From an uncultured bacterium (lineage in GTDB: Bacteria; Cyanobacteriota; Vampirovibrionia; Gastranaerophilales; Gastranaerophilaceae), in contig CACYOO010000003.1 of the NCBI GenBank assembly GCA_902776035.1, positions 31,776-95,775 on the forward strand: a stretch of DNA of 64,000 nucleotides, given 5' to 3'. Positions 1 through 9,859 of the stretch are shown here, piece after piece (position 1 is the first letter of the stretch; every line of letters begins with the position of its first letter). The notes beneath the pieces are model-generated. The model had not been told where the DNA came from, did not search any database, and worked only from the letters and a program-made list of their open reading frames with translations. A program made the position numbers and the translations under genes.

Positions 1-293
1 ATCCGAATGCTAAAACTAAATACGGTCAAATTGCTGACGAGTTGAATTTGGGCGGAAAAAATGATGATGAAAAGGTTGAATTATTAATAAAAGCAGTTGA
101 TGACCTTATGACAGAAATTAATCTGCCAAAATCAATAAGAGAATTTGGTGTAAAAGAAGATGAGTTTATGGCTAATCTTGACACATTGGTAGAAAGAGCA
201 TTTGACGATCAATGTACAGGTGCAAACCCAAGATATCCGCTTATGAGTGAAATCAAACAAATTTTCTTAAATGCGTATGAAGGTATTGTATAA
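1..293 (+). CDS. adhE: 3' end of bifunctional acetaldehyde-CoA/alcohol dehydrogenase, truncated at its 5' end by the window edge
   Basis: Frame 3 is open from base 3. The C-terminal text FDDQCTGANPRYPLMSEIKQIFLNAY closely matches the conserved AdhE C-terminus (E. coli ...FDDQCTGANPRYPLISELKQILLDTYYG). Confidence 0.85.
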   Translation, partial: PNAKTKYGQIADELNLGGKNDDEKVELLIKAVDDLMTEINLPKSIREFGVKEDEFMANLDTLVERAFDDQCTGANPRYPLMSEIKQIFLNAYEGIV

Positions 294-302
294 ATAAGTT
301 CG

Positions 303-350
303 GGGACTTGATTTTTTAAATAGATTTATTATTCAAGTCCCTGTCCTTTC
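303..350 (+). terminator. Putative intrinsic terminator after adhE
   Basis: GGGACTTGA (303-311) pairs with TCAAGTCCC (333-341) across an AT-rich loop. It is followed by the T-rich run tgtcctttcttatt. Confidence 0.45.
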
Positions 351-377
351 TTATTAAGATTAATGGAGATTTAAATT

Positions 378-1010
378 ATGAGTATTCCTGATAAAGTTAT
401 AAATCGTTTAACTTTATATCATTTTATTCTTGATGACTTAAGAGAGGATGAAATATTTATATCGAGTACAAAAATAGCAAAATTGTTAAACATTGATGAC
501 TCTCAGGTAAGAAAAGATTTGAAGATATTAAACAATTCCGGAAAATGTCATGTAGGATATAATGTAAAAGAATTGAAAAAATCAATAGAAGAACAACTTG
601 GATTTAAAAAAACAAAGGATGCTTTTGTTATTGGTGCAGGAAATTTAGGTTCCGCACTTGCAAAATATGCTACATTTAAAGACTATGGATTAAATATTCT
701 TGCAATGTTTGATAATGATATAAATAAAATAGGCAAGACTATTAATGGAAAAGAAGTTTTTGACATATCAAAAGTTGGAAACTTATCAAAAAGATTAAAT
801 GTTGATATAGCTATTTTAACAGTTCCAAGAGAATATGCAAAAGGAGTTGCTAATTTTCTTGCAGGTGCAGGGATTAAGTATATTTGGAATTTTACACCAT
901 GTATTCTTGATGTACCAAAAGATATAAAAGTTTGGAATGAAAATCTAATAGGAAATTTTTTACAATTTACAAATAATGATGAGGTAAAAGAAAATAAAAA
1001 TGACAAATGA
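378..1010 (+). CDS. rex: Redox-sensing transcriptional repressor Rex
   Basis: N-terminal winged-helix text (RLTLYHFIL...ISSTKIAKLL) plus a Rossmann GAGNLGSALA motif. Length is typical at 210 aa. Confidence 0.9.
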   Translation: MSIPDKVINRLTLYHFILDDLREDEIFISSTKIAKLLNIDDSQVRKDLKILNNSGKCHVGYNVKELKKSIEEQLGFKKTKDAFVIGAGNLGSALAKYATFKDYGLNILAMFDNDINKIGKTINGKEVFDISKVGNLSKRLNVDIAILTVPREYAKGVANFLAGAGIKYIWNFTPCILDVPKDIKVWNENLIGNFLQFTNNDEVKENKNDK

Positions 1011-1233
1011 AATTAAGGTTTGTATGGGAAGTGCGTGCTTCGCAAAAGGTAATCAAGAAAATTTAGAATTTATAAAACAATATATAGAAGAAAATAATCT
1101 TGATACTGAAATAACAATAACAGGATCTTTGTGTGAAAACAAGTGCGATATTGGACCTAGAATTATTATTAATAACAAAGAGTATACGCAACTTACAATA
1201 CAAGATTTAGAAGAAATATTAAAGGGGCTGTAA
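1000..1233 (+). CDS. Thioredoxin-like [2Fe-2S] ferredoxin (NuoE/HfsA-like)
   Basis: Four Cys arranged CMGSAC ... CENKC in a 77-aa protein. It overlaps the rex stop by 11 nt, which suggests translational coupling. Confidence 0.65.
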   Translation: MTNEIKVCMGSACFAKGNQENLEFIKQYIEENNLDTEITITGSLCENKCDIGPRIIINNKEYTQLTIQDLEEILKGL

Positions 1234-1234
1234 T

Positions 1235-2962
1235 ATGGAAAAACAATATCCTGTCTATACGTTAAAAAATGAATGCAACGACTGTTATAAATGTATAAGA
1301 GGTTGTCATATAAAGGCGATTAGAATTCAACAAGGTTCAGCATCAGTAATTAATGAAAAATGTATAGCATGCGGACATTGTGTAAAAATTTGTCCTGCAG
1401 GAGCAAAAAAAGTAAGAAGTGATATTGATAAGGTTAAAACATTATTACTTACGAATAAAAAAGTGTATGTTTCTTTAGCACCAAGCTGGGCAGGTGTATA
1501 TAATATATCAAAAGAAAAAATGATAGCCGTTTTAAAAAAACTTGGATTTGCAGGAGTATCTGAAACCGCTCTCGGTGCACAGGAAGTTTCTATACAAACT
1601 GCAAAAATATTGAATGATTCAAAAAAAGGGTTATTTATATCATCTGCATGTCCTGTTATAGATGATTATGTAAGACTTTATAAGCCAGATTTTGCAAAAT
1701 ATATTACCAATGTGGCTTCTCCTGCCCTTACACACTGTGCATTATTGAAAGATGTTTTAGGTGAAGATATAAGAGTTGTATTTATAGGTCCGTGCATAGC
1801 CAAAAAGAATGAAGCAGATGAACATCCTGATTTAATGTCGGCAGCATTAACTTTTGATGAATTAAATTATTGGACTAAAGAAGAATTTATAGATATTGAA
1901 AATATAGAATGTGATGATAGTTGCCATTTCATTCCTGAAGATTCTTATGAAGGAGCATTATACCCATTAGAGGGCGGAATGAATGAAACTATTAAAAAAG
2001 TTGGTATAGAAAAAAATGATGTAACCTTTATTTCAGTAAGCTCCTTAGAAGATTTTGACAAATCCTTACAAAATATATATCCTGATAAAATTGAGAATAA
2101 AATTTTTGTTGAGGCACTAGGTTGTTCCGGTGGTTGTATAAACGGTCCTTGTTTATCAAGTGATAAATCAAGAATATTAATAGCATCAGACATCTATGCT
2201 AATACACATTACAGAGATAACGTTCCAAAAGAACCCAAAAAAGTTGTAGAAATTGAATATACTCCTAATCCTGTTAAAAAGGTTGAATATACACTTGAAC
2301 AAATTTCAAATGCACTTAAAAAGATAAGTAAACACTCTGAAGAAGATGAATTAAATTGCTCAGGGTGCGGTTACGCAAGTTGTCGAGAATTTGTTAATGC
2401 TTTAATTGCAGGAGATGCTGAACCATCTCAATGTGTATCTTATATGAGAAAAATTGCAGTCAGAAAAGCTGCAGCAATGTTAAGATGTATGCCTTCAGCA
2501 GTTGTAATTGTTGATTCGGATTTACAAGTTGTTGAAGCAAATGATTCTTTTGAACACATGTTCTTAAGTGATGAAATGTATGAAATATTTAAATCCAGAC
2601 AAGATGGAATGACAGGAGCATGTATTGATAGAATTGTTTCGTTCCCTGAACTCTTTAAATCTGCACTAGAAACAGGTAAAGAAATTCATCAGGAACACTA
2701 TGCAATAGAAGACAAAGTATATGACATAAGTATTTTTACTATTGAAGATAACGAACTTGTTGGTGCAGTTATTTCAGATGTTACAAAATCAGAAATAGAT
2801 AGAAGTAAAATTGCGCAAAAAGCAAGAGAAGTTATTACAAAAAATATTACAACAGTTCAAGAAATTGCAAGTCTTTTAGGCGAACACATGGTTGAAACAG
2901 AGTTGCTTTTAAGTTCCATTGCAGAAGGTTATAATACTAATGCAAAAGAGGATAAAAAATAA
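1235..2962 (+). CDS. Sensory-type [FeFe]-hydrogenase-like protein with C-terminal Fe-S/PAS module (HydS/HfsB-like)
   Basis: Two ferredoxin 4Fe-4S motifs (CNDCYKCIRGC, CIACGHCVKICP). H-cluster motifs: L1 variant SSACP (1640-1654), L2 GPCIAKK, L3 ALGCSGGCINGP. These are followed by CSGCGYASCREF...C and a PAS-like tail. Confidence 0.8.
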   Translation: MEKQYPVYTLKNECNDCYKCIRGCHIKAIRIQQGSASVINEKCIACGHCVKICPAGAKKVRSDIDKVKTLLLTNKKVYVSLAPSWAGVYNISKEKMIAVLKKLGFAGVSETALGAQEVSIQTAKILNDSKKGLFISSACPVIDDYVRLYKPDFAKYITNVASPALTHCALLKDVLGEDIRVVFIGPCIAKKNEADEHPDLMSAALTFDELNYWTKEEFIDIENIECDDSCHFIPEDSYEGALYPLEGGMNETIKKVGIEKNDVTFISVSSLEDFDKSLQNIYPDKIENKIFVEALGCSGGCINGPCLSSDKSRILIASDIYANTHYRDNVPKEPKKVVEIEYTPNPVKKVEYTLEQISNALKKISKHSEEDELNCSGCGYASCREFVNALIAGDAEPSQCVSYMRKIAVRKAAAMLRCMPSAVVIVDSDLQVVEANDSFEHMFLSDEMYEIFKSRQDGMTGACIDRIVSFPELFKSALETGKEIHQEHYAIEDKVYDISIFTIEDNELVGAVISDVTKSEIDRSKIAQKAREVITKNITTVQEIASLLGEHMVETELLLSSIAEGYNTNAKEDKK

Positions 2963-4119
2963 TGTTTATAGATATTGCTTGTTCTCAAAAAAAGAAATAT
3001 AATCAAAATGCCTATGGAGATTTTTTCGCTTCAAACCGATTTCCAAATATGAATAGGGTTGTTGCAGTTTTATCTGATGGACTTGGTAGTGGAATCAAGG
3101 CAAATATTTTAGCATGTATGACTTCAACAATGCTTTTAAAATTTATGGAAAGTCATTTTGATATAGAAAAATCATGTGAAATTATTATGAACTCATTACC
3201 TGTATGCAAAGTTAGAGGTATAAGTTATTCAACTTTTTCTGCAATAGATTGCTTTGAAAATGGTAAAGCTAAAATTGTCGAAGAAGGCAATCCTGACTTT
3301 ATTTGGATTAGAAATGGTGAAGTTCTGAAACCTGAATTTCAAACAATTCAATCAAAAGATTTTAAAAACAGAAAAATGAAAGTTTATAATATAAAATTAC
3401 AAAAGTATGATAGAATTATATTTTGTTCGGATGGTGCAACACAAGTTGCAATGGGCTCAAAAGAATATCCTCTGGGCTTAGAGCGAAGCGGTCTTATAAA
3501 AATAATTTTACATAAATTGGAACAAGAACCTGAAATATCTTCAAAAGATTTGAGCGAATTTCTCGTTCGTCAGATAGAATATATAGCTCCCAAAAGAGAA
3601 CTAAAGGATGATACATCTATTCTATCTATATATTGTAGAGATCCCAGAGAATCATTAATATTTACAGGTCCACCGTTTCACGGAGAAAAAGATAGTTTTT
3701 ATGCCAAAACATTTATGGATTTTAAAGGTAAAAAAGCAATATCCGGAGGTACTACAGCAAATATAATTTCAAGAGAATTAAATATACCTGTAATAGCAGA
3801 TATGTCTACTAACAGAGGAAAACTTCCGGGATTATTGAAAATGGAAGGTGTTGATTTAGTTACAGAAGGTATATTGACATTAACCAAAACCTTAGAATAC
3901 TTACAAAATGGAAGATATGAAAATGATGCTGCAAAAACATTAATGAATTTCTTGCTTGATTCTGATGTAATAAATTTTTTGGTAGGTGCACAGGTGAATA
4001 AAGCACATTATGATCCTAATCTGCCTATTGAAATTGAAATCAGGAAGAATGTTATAAAACAAATAGCGCAAGTTTTAGAAGAAAAATACCTAAAAAAAGT
4101 TGAAGTACAGTTTATATAA
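2962..4119 (+). CDS. PP2C/SpoIIE-type serine phosphatase with an uncharacterised C-terminal domain (HfsC-like)
   Basis: VLSDGLGSGIKANI and FCSDG motifs typical of SpoIIE/PP2C. The start overlaps the upstream stop (TAATG). Confidence 0.7.
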   Translation: MFIDIACSQKKKYNQNAYGDFFASNRFPNMNRVVAVLSDGLGSGIKANILACMTSTMLLKFMESHFDIEKSCEIIMNSLPVCKVRGISYSTFSAIDCFENGKAKIVEEGNPDFIWIRNGEVLKPEFQTIQSKDFKNRKMKVYNIKLQKYDRIIFCSDGATQVAMGSKEYPLGLERSGLIKIILHKLEQEPEISSKDLSEFLVRQIEYIAPKRELKDDTSILSIYCRDPRESLIFTGPPFHGEKDSFYAKTFMDFKGKKAISGGTTANIISRELNIPVIADMSTNRGKLPGLLKMEGVDLVTEGILTLTKTLEYLQNGRYENDAAKTLMNFLLDSDVINFLVGAQVNKAHYDPNLPIEIEIRKNVIKQIAQVLEEKYLKKVEVQFI

Positions 4120-4130
4120 AGGAGTTAAAA

Positions 4131-4391
4131 ATGGGAAAAATTTCAGTAAAAGTATGTACAGGAACTACCTGTTTCGTTATGGGTGGAGCAAATTTGCAAG
4201 AATTACACGACATTATTCCTAAGAAATACGGAGATGAAGTTGAAGTTAATGCTTCCAATTGTTTAGGATTATGTTCTATTAATTGGGAATATTCAAAAGC
4301 ACCTTATGTAAAAGTTAATGATGAAGTTGTTTCAGAAGCAACTGTTGAAAGAGTATTAGAAGAAATAGAAAGACAAATCGCAAAACAATAG
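4131..4391 (+). CDS. Thioredoxin-like [2Fe-2S] ferredoxin, second copy
   Basis: CTGTTC ... CLGLC Cys pattern in 86 aa. Paralogous to 1000-1233. Confidence 0.6.
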   Translation: MGKISVKVCTGTTCFVMGGANLQELHDIIPKKYGDEVEVNASNCLGLCSINWEYSKAPYVKVNDEVVSEATVERVLEEIERQIAKQ

Positions 4392-4401
4392 GAATATGTA
4401 A

Positions 4402-5943
4402 ATGAACAATTTAGGTCAAGCAATTCACATAAAAAAAGAAATTTTAGTCAGAATAATAAAAGCTTTTTTGTCTGATGATTTTGAACATCAGGCAAGACTT
4501 ATACCTTATGATATGCGCCCAAAGGGAATGGAAGTTCCGTACAGATGCTGTGTTTATAAGGAACGTGCAATTATTAAGGATAGAACAATTGCAGGTTTAG
4601 GTTTTCCAATAGAAGAAGACGATGAAACAGTATCACTTGCAGATTATGCTAAACGAGCAATGGAAAGAACAGAAATTAGCGATAAAAATTTAACAGTTTT
4701 ACAAGCTGCCTGTAAAGGTTGCGCAACAAACAGAATTTATGTAACAGATTTATGTCAGGGTTGTGTTGCAAGACCATGTCAATCTACCTGTAAATTTGGA
4801 GCGGTTTCTATCGTTAACGGACGTTCGGTTATAGATAATACAAAATGTAAAAAATGCCAAATGTGTGTCAATGCTTGCCCGTATAAAGCTATTGTAAAAA
4901 TATCTGTACCGTGTGAGGATTCTTGTCCTGTGAGTGCCATAAAAAAAGATGAAACCGGCTTTGCAAGTATCGACTATGATAAATGCATAAATTGTGGTAG
5001 ATGTATTGCGGCCTGCCCTTTTGCAGCCGTTCACGAAAGAAGTCAAATTATTGATATTTTAAAGGCAATCAAATCTGATAAAAAAGTTATTGCAATGATA
5101 GCACCGTCAATAGCAGGACAATTTCCGGGAAATATATATCAATTAAAAACTGCAATAATAAAATCAGGTTTTGATAATGTTTATGAAGTTGCTCAAGGTG
5201 CTGATATTACCGCAAGTACAGAAGCAAAGGAATTTATGGAAAGAATGAAAGCTGTTAACGAAAAGAAAAGTGAGTGGTTAACCGAATGGACAAATGAAGG
5301 CGGCTACGGTGAAACTGAAGAAAATTCTAATGAAGAAATTCGCTACTTTATGACAACTTCTTGCTGTGCCGGCTATAATCAATTAATAAAGAAGCATCTT
5401 CCTGAAATTAAGCCGTATGTATCAGATACAAAAACTCCTCTTTTTTATACCGCTGAAATCGTGAAAAAAGACTATCCTGATGCGATAACTGTTTTTGTAA
5501 GTCCTTGTGTTGCAAAACGTGCAGAGGGATTTGAAAATAAAAATGTTGATTTTGTTATGAACTACGAAGAACTTGGAGCATTATTTATTGCAAAGAAAAT
5601 CCAAATTACGGAATTAGACGAAAGCAAATATGAGATTGAAGCTTCCAAACAAGCTCGTAACTTCGGTTATTCCGGAGGAGTTGCAGAATCAGTTAAAAAA
5701 TCTCTCAAAGATGAGGATGTTGTTAAACCATTTATAATAAATGGTTTAAATAAAGATAGCATAAAACAATTAAAGAAATTTGCCGATTGCGGAGAATGCG
5801 AAAACGGCTGCAATCTAATTGAAGTAATGTGCTGTGAGGGTGGATGTATTGGTGGTAATGCAACAATAAATAATCAAAAAATTGCAAAAAAATTGATTGA
5901 TAATTTTACTCAAAACAGTGAAAATATAAATAAAATACAATAA
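4402..5943 (+). CDS. [FeFe]-hydrogenase, catalytic-type (HfsD-like)
   Basis: Several 4Fe-4S motifs (CKKCQMCVNACP, CINCGRCIAACP). H-cluster motifs: L1 TSCC (5356-5367), L2 SPCVAKR, L3 MCCEGGCIGG. Confidence 0.8.
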   Translation: MNNLGQAIHIKKEILVRIIKAFLSDDFEHQARLIPYDMRPKGMEVPYRCCVYKERAIIKDRTIAGLGFPIEEDDETVSLADYAKRAMERTEISDKNLTVLQAACKGCATNRIYVTDLCQGCVARPCQSTCKFGAVSIVNGRSVIDNTKCKKCQMCVNACPYKAIVKISVPCEDSCPVSAIKKDETGFASIDYDKCINCGRCIAACPFAAVHERSQIIDILKAIKSDKKVIAMIAPSIAGQFPGNIYQLKTAIIKSGFDNVYEVAQGADITASTEAKEFMERMKAVNEKKSEWLTEWTNEGGYGETEENSNEEIRYFMTTSCCAGYNQLIKKHLPEIKPYVSDTKTPLFYTAEIVKKDYPDAITVFVSPCVAKRAEGFENKNVDFVMNYEELGALFIAKKIQITELDESKYEIEASKQARNFGYSGGVAESVKKSLKDEDVVKPFIINGLNKDSIKQLKKFADCGECENGCNLIEVMCCEGGCIGGNATINNQKIAKKLIDNFTQNSENINKIQ

Positions 5944-5954
5944 AGGAGAATATT

Positions 5955-7148
5955 ATGAATAATTGGGAAAACGATTTAAACATTAATGAAGTTAAAGAAA
6001 TCAGAACAAGAACAACAGTTTATTTTGGCTGTGGTGCTATTCAAAAAATAAAAGATATTGCAAAACTTTATTTTGAAAGAGGGATTGATAAAGTTATTGT
6101 AATGTCAGGAAAGAATGCATATAAATCAACCGGAGCTTGGGCTGTGGTTGAAAAAGCTTTAAAAGAAAATAGTATTGAATATGTTAACTACGATAAAGTT
6201 ACACCAAATCCAACAACAGTGGCAATAGATGAAGCTGCAAAACTTGCTCGTGAATTTGGTGCAAAAGCTGTTATTACAATAGGAGGCGGTTCGCCAACAG
6301 ATGCAGGAAAATCTGTTGCAATACTTTTAAAATATCCTAATGAAACAGGAAGCAGTTTATATACATTTAAGTTTACACCAACAAAAGCAGCTCCTATAGT
6401 TGCAATAAATTTGACACATGGAACAGGAAGTGAAACAAACAGATTTGCCGTAGCTACAATTTTAGAAAAGAATTATAAACCGGCTATTGCGTATGATTGT
6501 ATTTATCCTGAATTTGCAATTGACGATTCTGATTTAATGTTAGGTTTATCACCTAAACAAACAAGATACGTATCAATTGATGCTGTTAATCATGTGATAG
6601 AAGCCGCAACATCTACTGTTGCATCACCTTATTCTATTACACTTGCAAGACAAGTAATTGAGTTAGTTGCAAAATATTTACCAAAAGCAATACAAAATTC
6701 TGATAATAAAGAAGCAAGATATTATCTTTGTTATGCGGCTTTAATGGGTGGAGTTTGTTTTGATAACGGATTATTACACTATACACATGCTTTGGAACAT
6801 CCTTTAAGTGCTATGAAACCGGATTTTTCACATGGTTTAGGTTTAGCAATTCTGCTACCTGCAGTTATTAAAAATATTTATTCATCAAAATCAGAAACTC
6901 TGAATTATATTTTAGAGCCAATTGTGAAAAATATAAACAGTGCAGAATCTGCAGCAGAAGGTGTTTATGAATGGTTAAAATCCGTTGATGTGCCAAACAA
7001 ATTAAAAGATGAAGGATTTTCGGAAAGTGATATTGAAAAGTTAACAGAACTTGCCTTTACAACACCATCATTAGACGGATTGTTAAGTATAGCACCTACA
7101 AAAGCAACGAGGGATGCTGTTGCAACAATATATAAAGAATCATTATAA
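5955..7148 (+). CDS. Iron-containing (group III) alcohol dehydrogenase
   Basis: GGGSPTDAGK nucleotide motif and metal-binding His text HALEHPLS...SHGLG. 397 aa. Confidence 0.85.
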   Translation: MNNWENDLNINEVKEIRTRTTVYFGCGAIQKIKDIAKLYFERGIDKVIVMSGKNAYKSTGAWAVVEKALKENSIEYVNYDKVTPNPTTVAIDEAAKLAREFGAKAVITIGGGSPTDAGKSVAILLKYPNETGSSLYTFKFTPTKAAPIVAINLTHGTGSETNRFAVATILEKNYKPAIAYDCIYPEFAIDDSDLMLGLSPKQTRYVSIDAVNHVIEAATSTVASPYSITLARQVIELVAKYLPKAIQNSDNKEARYYLCYAALMGGVCFDNGLLHYTHALEHPLSAMKPDFSHGLGLAILLPAVIKNIYSSKSETLNYILEPIVKNINSAESAAEGVYEWLKSVDVPNKLKDEGFSESDIEKLTELAFTTPSLDGLLSIAPTKATRDAVATIYKESL

Positions 7149-7167
7149 TAAACAAATATGTGAATAT

Positions 7168-7206
7168 AAAAGTCGGAAGTTAGAATTTCTAACTTCCGAC
7201 TTTTTA
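7168..7206. terminator. Bidirectional intrinsic terminator between convergent genes
   Basis: Near-perfect hairpin AAAAGTCGGAAGTTAGAA / TTCTAACTTCCGACTTTT with T-runs on both sides. Confidence 0.8.
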
Positions 7207-7260
7207 ATATTTTAAAATAAATTTGTTAAGTTTTATCTGTCTGTAAAAAAGCAGAAAGTT

Positions 7261-7815
7261 TTAAGGTAAAAATTTGATTACCTTTGCTGGTACTCCGGCA
7301 ACAACACTGTTATCAGGCACATTTTTTGTAACAACAGCACCTGCAGCAACTACAGAGTTATTTCCTACAGTTACACCTGATAAAATTTGAACACCTCCAC
7401 CAATCCATACATTATTGCCAATAATTATTGGTTTTGCATATTCAGAACCTTTATTCCTTGTTTCAGCATTAAGAGGATGTTCTGCTGTATAAAATCCGCA
7501 GTTTGGAGCAATAAATACATTGTCCCCAAATTTAACTTTTGCACAATCCAAAATTACAAGATTATGGTTTGAATAAAAATTTTCGCCTATTTCTATATTA
7601 TAGCCGTAATCACAAATAAACGGCTGTTCTATGAAAAATTTTTCCTTCGTTTTACCTAATATTTGTTTAAGGATTTTTTCTCTTTTTTCTATGTCATCAT
7701 ACTGAATATTATTATATTCCTGACATAAGAGTTTGCATTTTACCCGCTCATTTATTAATTCACTGTCTAATGGATTATAAAATTCACCACTTAGCATTTT
7801 TTCTTTTTCGCTCAT
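7261..7815 (-). CDS. maa: Maltose/galactoside O-acetyltransferase (left-handed beta-helix family)
   Basis: Mac-type N-terminus ([13 protein letters not shown]...) followed by hexapeptide repeats ([31 protein letters not shown]). Confidence 0.85.
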   Translation of the reverse strand: MSEKEKMLSGEFYNPLDSELINERVKCKLLCQEYNNIQYDDIEKREKILKQILGKTKEKFFIEQPFICDYGYNIEIGENFYSNHNLVILDCAKVKFGDNVFIAPNCGFYTAEHPLNAETRNKGSEYAKPIIIGNNVWIGGGVQILSGVTVGNNSVVAAGAVVTKNVPDNSVVAGVPAKVIKFLP

Positions 7816-7821
7816 TTATAA

Positions 7822-8136
7822 TTAATCCTTTGCTTCAATTTTAAATATTACAGGGCGAATACCATCATTACAAGAACAAATGGCAACTCCCGGTTTTTTT
7901 ATCCAATCACCATAATAGAATAATTCTTTTTTTGCACCACCGTGTGCAAGTGTAAATACGTATTGATAAATCGCTTTCCACGCCTCATTACAAAATCCGT
8001 CAGGACATTCCCAATCCGCATAAAACACTTGACCTTCTTTTAACATAGGGCAAGCTGTTAAACCATCAACTCCATATTCTTTAGCTAATTCTTCATCAAA
8101 ATTACGTTTCAAAACAGTTATTTTGCATTTTTTCAT
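7822..8136 (-). CDS. TIGR04076-family small Cys-rich protein
   Basis: CKITVLK...CPMLKEGQVFY...CPDGFCNEAW...ICSCNDGIRPVIFKIE pattern. I place the start at the MKKCKITV ATG (8136) rather than the ORF-track start at 8178. Confidence 0.55.
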   Translation of the reverse strand: MKKCKITVLKRNFDEELAKEYGVDGLTACPMLKEGQVFYADWECPDGFCNEAWKAIYQYVFTLAHGGAKKELFYYGDWIKKPGVAICSCNDGIRPVIFKIEAKD

Positions 8137-8348
8137 TATTTTATTTACCTTTATTTCTCTATATACTTTTCTGCACACTTGTAGGCATTATATCAAATAA
8201 AAATAAGTTTGTATAGGAAAAATCAATCAAAAATATAATTTTAAACGAATAGTACGTAAAAATCAGGTTAAATTTGTCTATGGTTTTTATGCAAGTTCTT
8301 TTTAATTGGACTTTTTATATATTTATGATATAACATTGTTATTGAAGT

Positions 8349-9849
8349 ATGTATAGCGTAAATATAAATAACTTTATAAGATATATATTATTATTATTTA
8401 TTTTTTTTATTCAATTGACAGGTAGCAGCGCATTGGCAATTGGTGATATTGCTCTGCCTAATAAAGCTTAATCTGAAAATCAATCAGAAGTAATTGTACC
8501 TGAAAAACCTAAAAGGCATTTATTCAAAAAAAATAAGATTGAAAAAAACTCAAAACCTGAAATTAAATCAGAAGATGCTAATGCAGAAAATACAGTAAAA
8601 CTTGTAACTAAAATTGATTTTGATGATGTTATAGAAAAGGCAATGGAGCATTCTTATGATTTAAAAATATCTGATTTTCAGGTGCTTATTGCTCAACAAG
8701 GAATTAAAGGTGCCAGAGCAGAATATTTTCCTAAGCTCGTATTTATGATGGGAACGGAATATACAAAAAACTTCCGTAATGAAAGAGAATCTACAGTTAT
8801 GTCTATCGGTGAAGCATATATTAATCCGTATACAAGATATCAATCTGTATTGGGTTTAACATTATCATATAACATCTTTGATTTTGGAGTTAGAGGCGGT
8901 AATCTTAAAATTGCTAAAGAGGGTGTTAGTATAAAAGAACTTGAAAAAAAAACAAAAATATCAAGATCTTAATCTTAATGTAGTTGACACCTACTCTAAA
9001 ATATTAATGACTAAAAACCAAATTGAACTTAACAAAAAGATTTTACAATTGGAAGAAAAATCGCTTGAATATAAAACAAGATTATTTAACGCAAAAGAAT
9101 TATCTAAAATGGAGTATGATGACGCCTTAGTAAGAGTTTCTATTGTAAAAAAAAGGATTAGTGATTTATCCTCTATATTACAAGAATCTATTAATTGGCT
9201 TTCGTTTTACACCGGAGAAAAGTATGATACTGATAATATAAAGGTGTCTGATATAAAAATTTCTGATTTTGATACTAACGCATTTCAAGATTATACAAAA
9301 TCAATTACATGGAAAATTCATGAAAACTACATTAAGAAAAAAGAACTAGAATTATATGTTGCAAAACGTACTAATTACCCTAAAATAAACGCTTACACTA
9401 AATATTATCTGTATGGTTCTGATGGAACAAGTTATCGTGATAGTCTTAAGGATATTAAATCATCTAACTTAACCGTTGGTCTTTCCATGAACACGATGCT
9501 TTTTGATGGTATGAAAAATAGGGCTAATATAGGAAAAGTTAAATTGGAACTACAGCAATTGCATGTTGAAAGAGATAAGGCAATGGCGGAATTTATGGCT
9601 AAATTGGCTTCTATGCGTTCAAATTTAATATATTTAAATCAACAAAAAGCTGAAAATGATAAAATATTGACAAATCTTAAAGATAAAGAAAAGTCTACAA
9701 AAAGACTTGTTGCTAAAAGGTTGATGACACCTATTGATGAAAATGATGTTATGGTGTCAATATTAGAACAGCAAATTGAATTTGAAAAAAACAGAATAAC
9801 TTATGATGCAATTACGAAAGGAATACAAATACTTACAACAGAGTATTAG
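8349..9849 (+). pseudogene. TolC-like outer-membrane factor, disrupted by an in-frame TAA and a frameshift
   Basis: The ATG at 8349 gives a Sec signal peptide (MYSVNINNFIRYILLLFIFFIQLTGSSALA). An in-frame TAA lies at 8469-8471. The same frame then continues through 8472-8972. A frame switch at the A9 run 8944-8952 leads into ORF 8941-9849. The text is OMF-like coiled coil (ISDFQVLIAQQGIKGARAEYFPKL, YSKILMTKNQIELNKK). Confidence 0.6.
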
Positions 9850-9859
9850 GAAATGAATA

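Noticed and set aside
294-377. Rex operator (TTGTGAA-N6-TTCACAA or TTGTTAA-N4-TTAACAA) upstream of rex and the hydrogenase operon.
   Set aside because: I could not find a convincing match here or before 5955. The only palindrome in this gap is better explained as the adhE terminator.
683-1006. ORF-track entries lying antisense to, or inside, well-supported genes. Examples: 683-1006, 1945-2193, 3699-3887, 4750-5046, 7387-7572, 10924-11115, 15362-15949, 16332-16744, 24649-25377, 40468-41094, 47759-48637, 50482-51109, 54196-55188, 55917-58283, 59764-60198.
   Set aside because: Each overlaps a gene with strong motif support on the other strand or frame. They have no RBS and show low-complexity or odd composition. 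They are shadow ORFs typical of AT-rich DNA.
8469-8471. In-frame TAA in the TolC-like gene, considered as evidence of stop-codon reassignment.
   Set aside because: TAA terminates many well-supported genes in this same window at the expected protein ends (for example adhE at 291-293 and the HydS-like gene). Reassignment is therefore not tenable.
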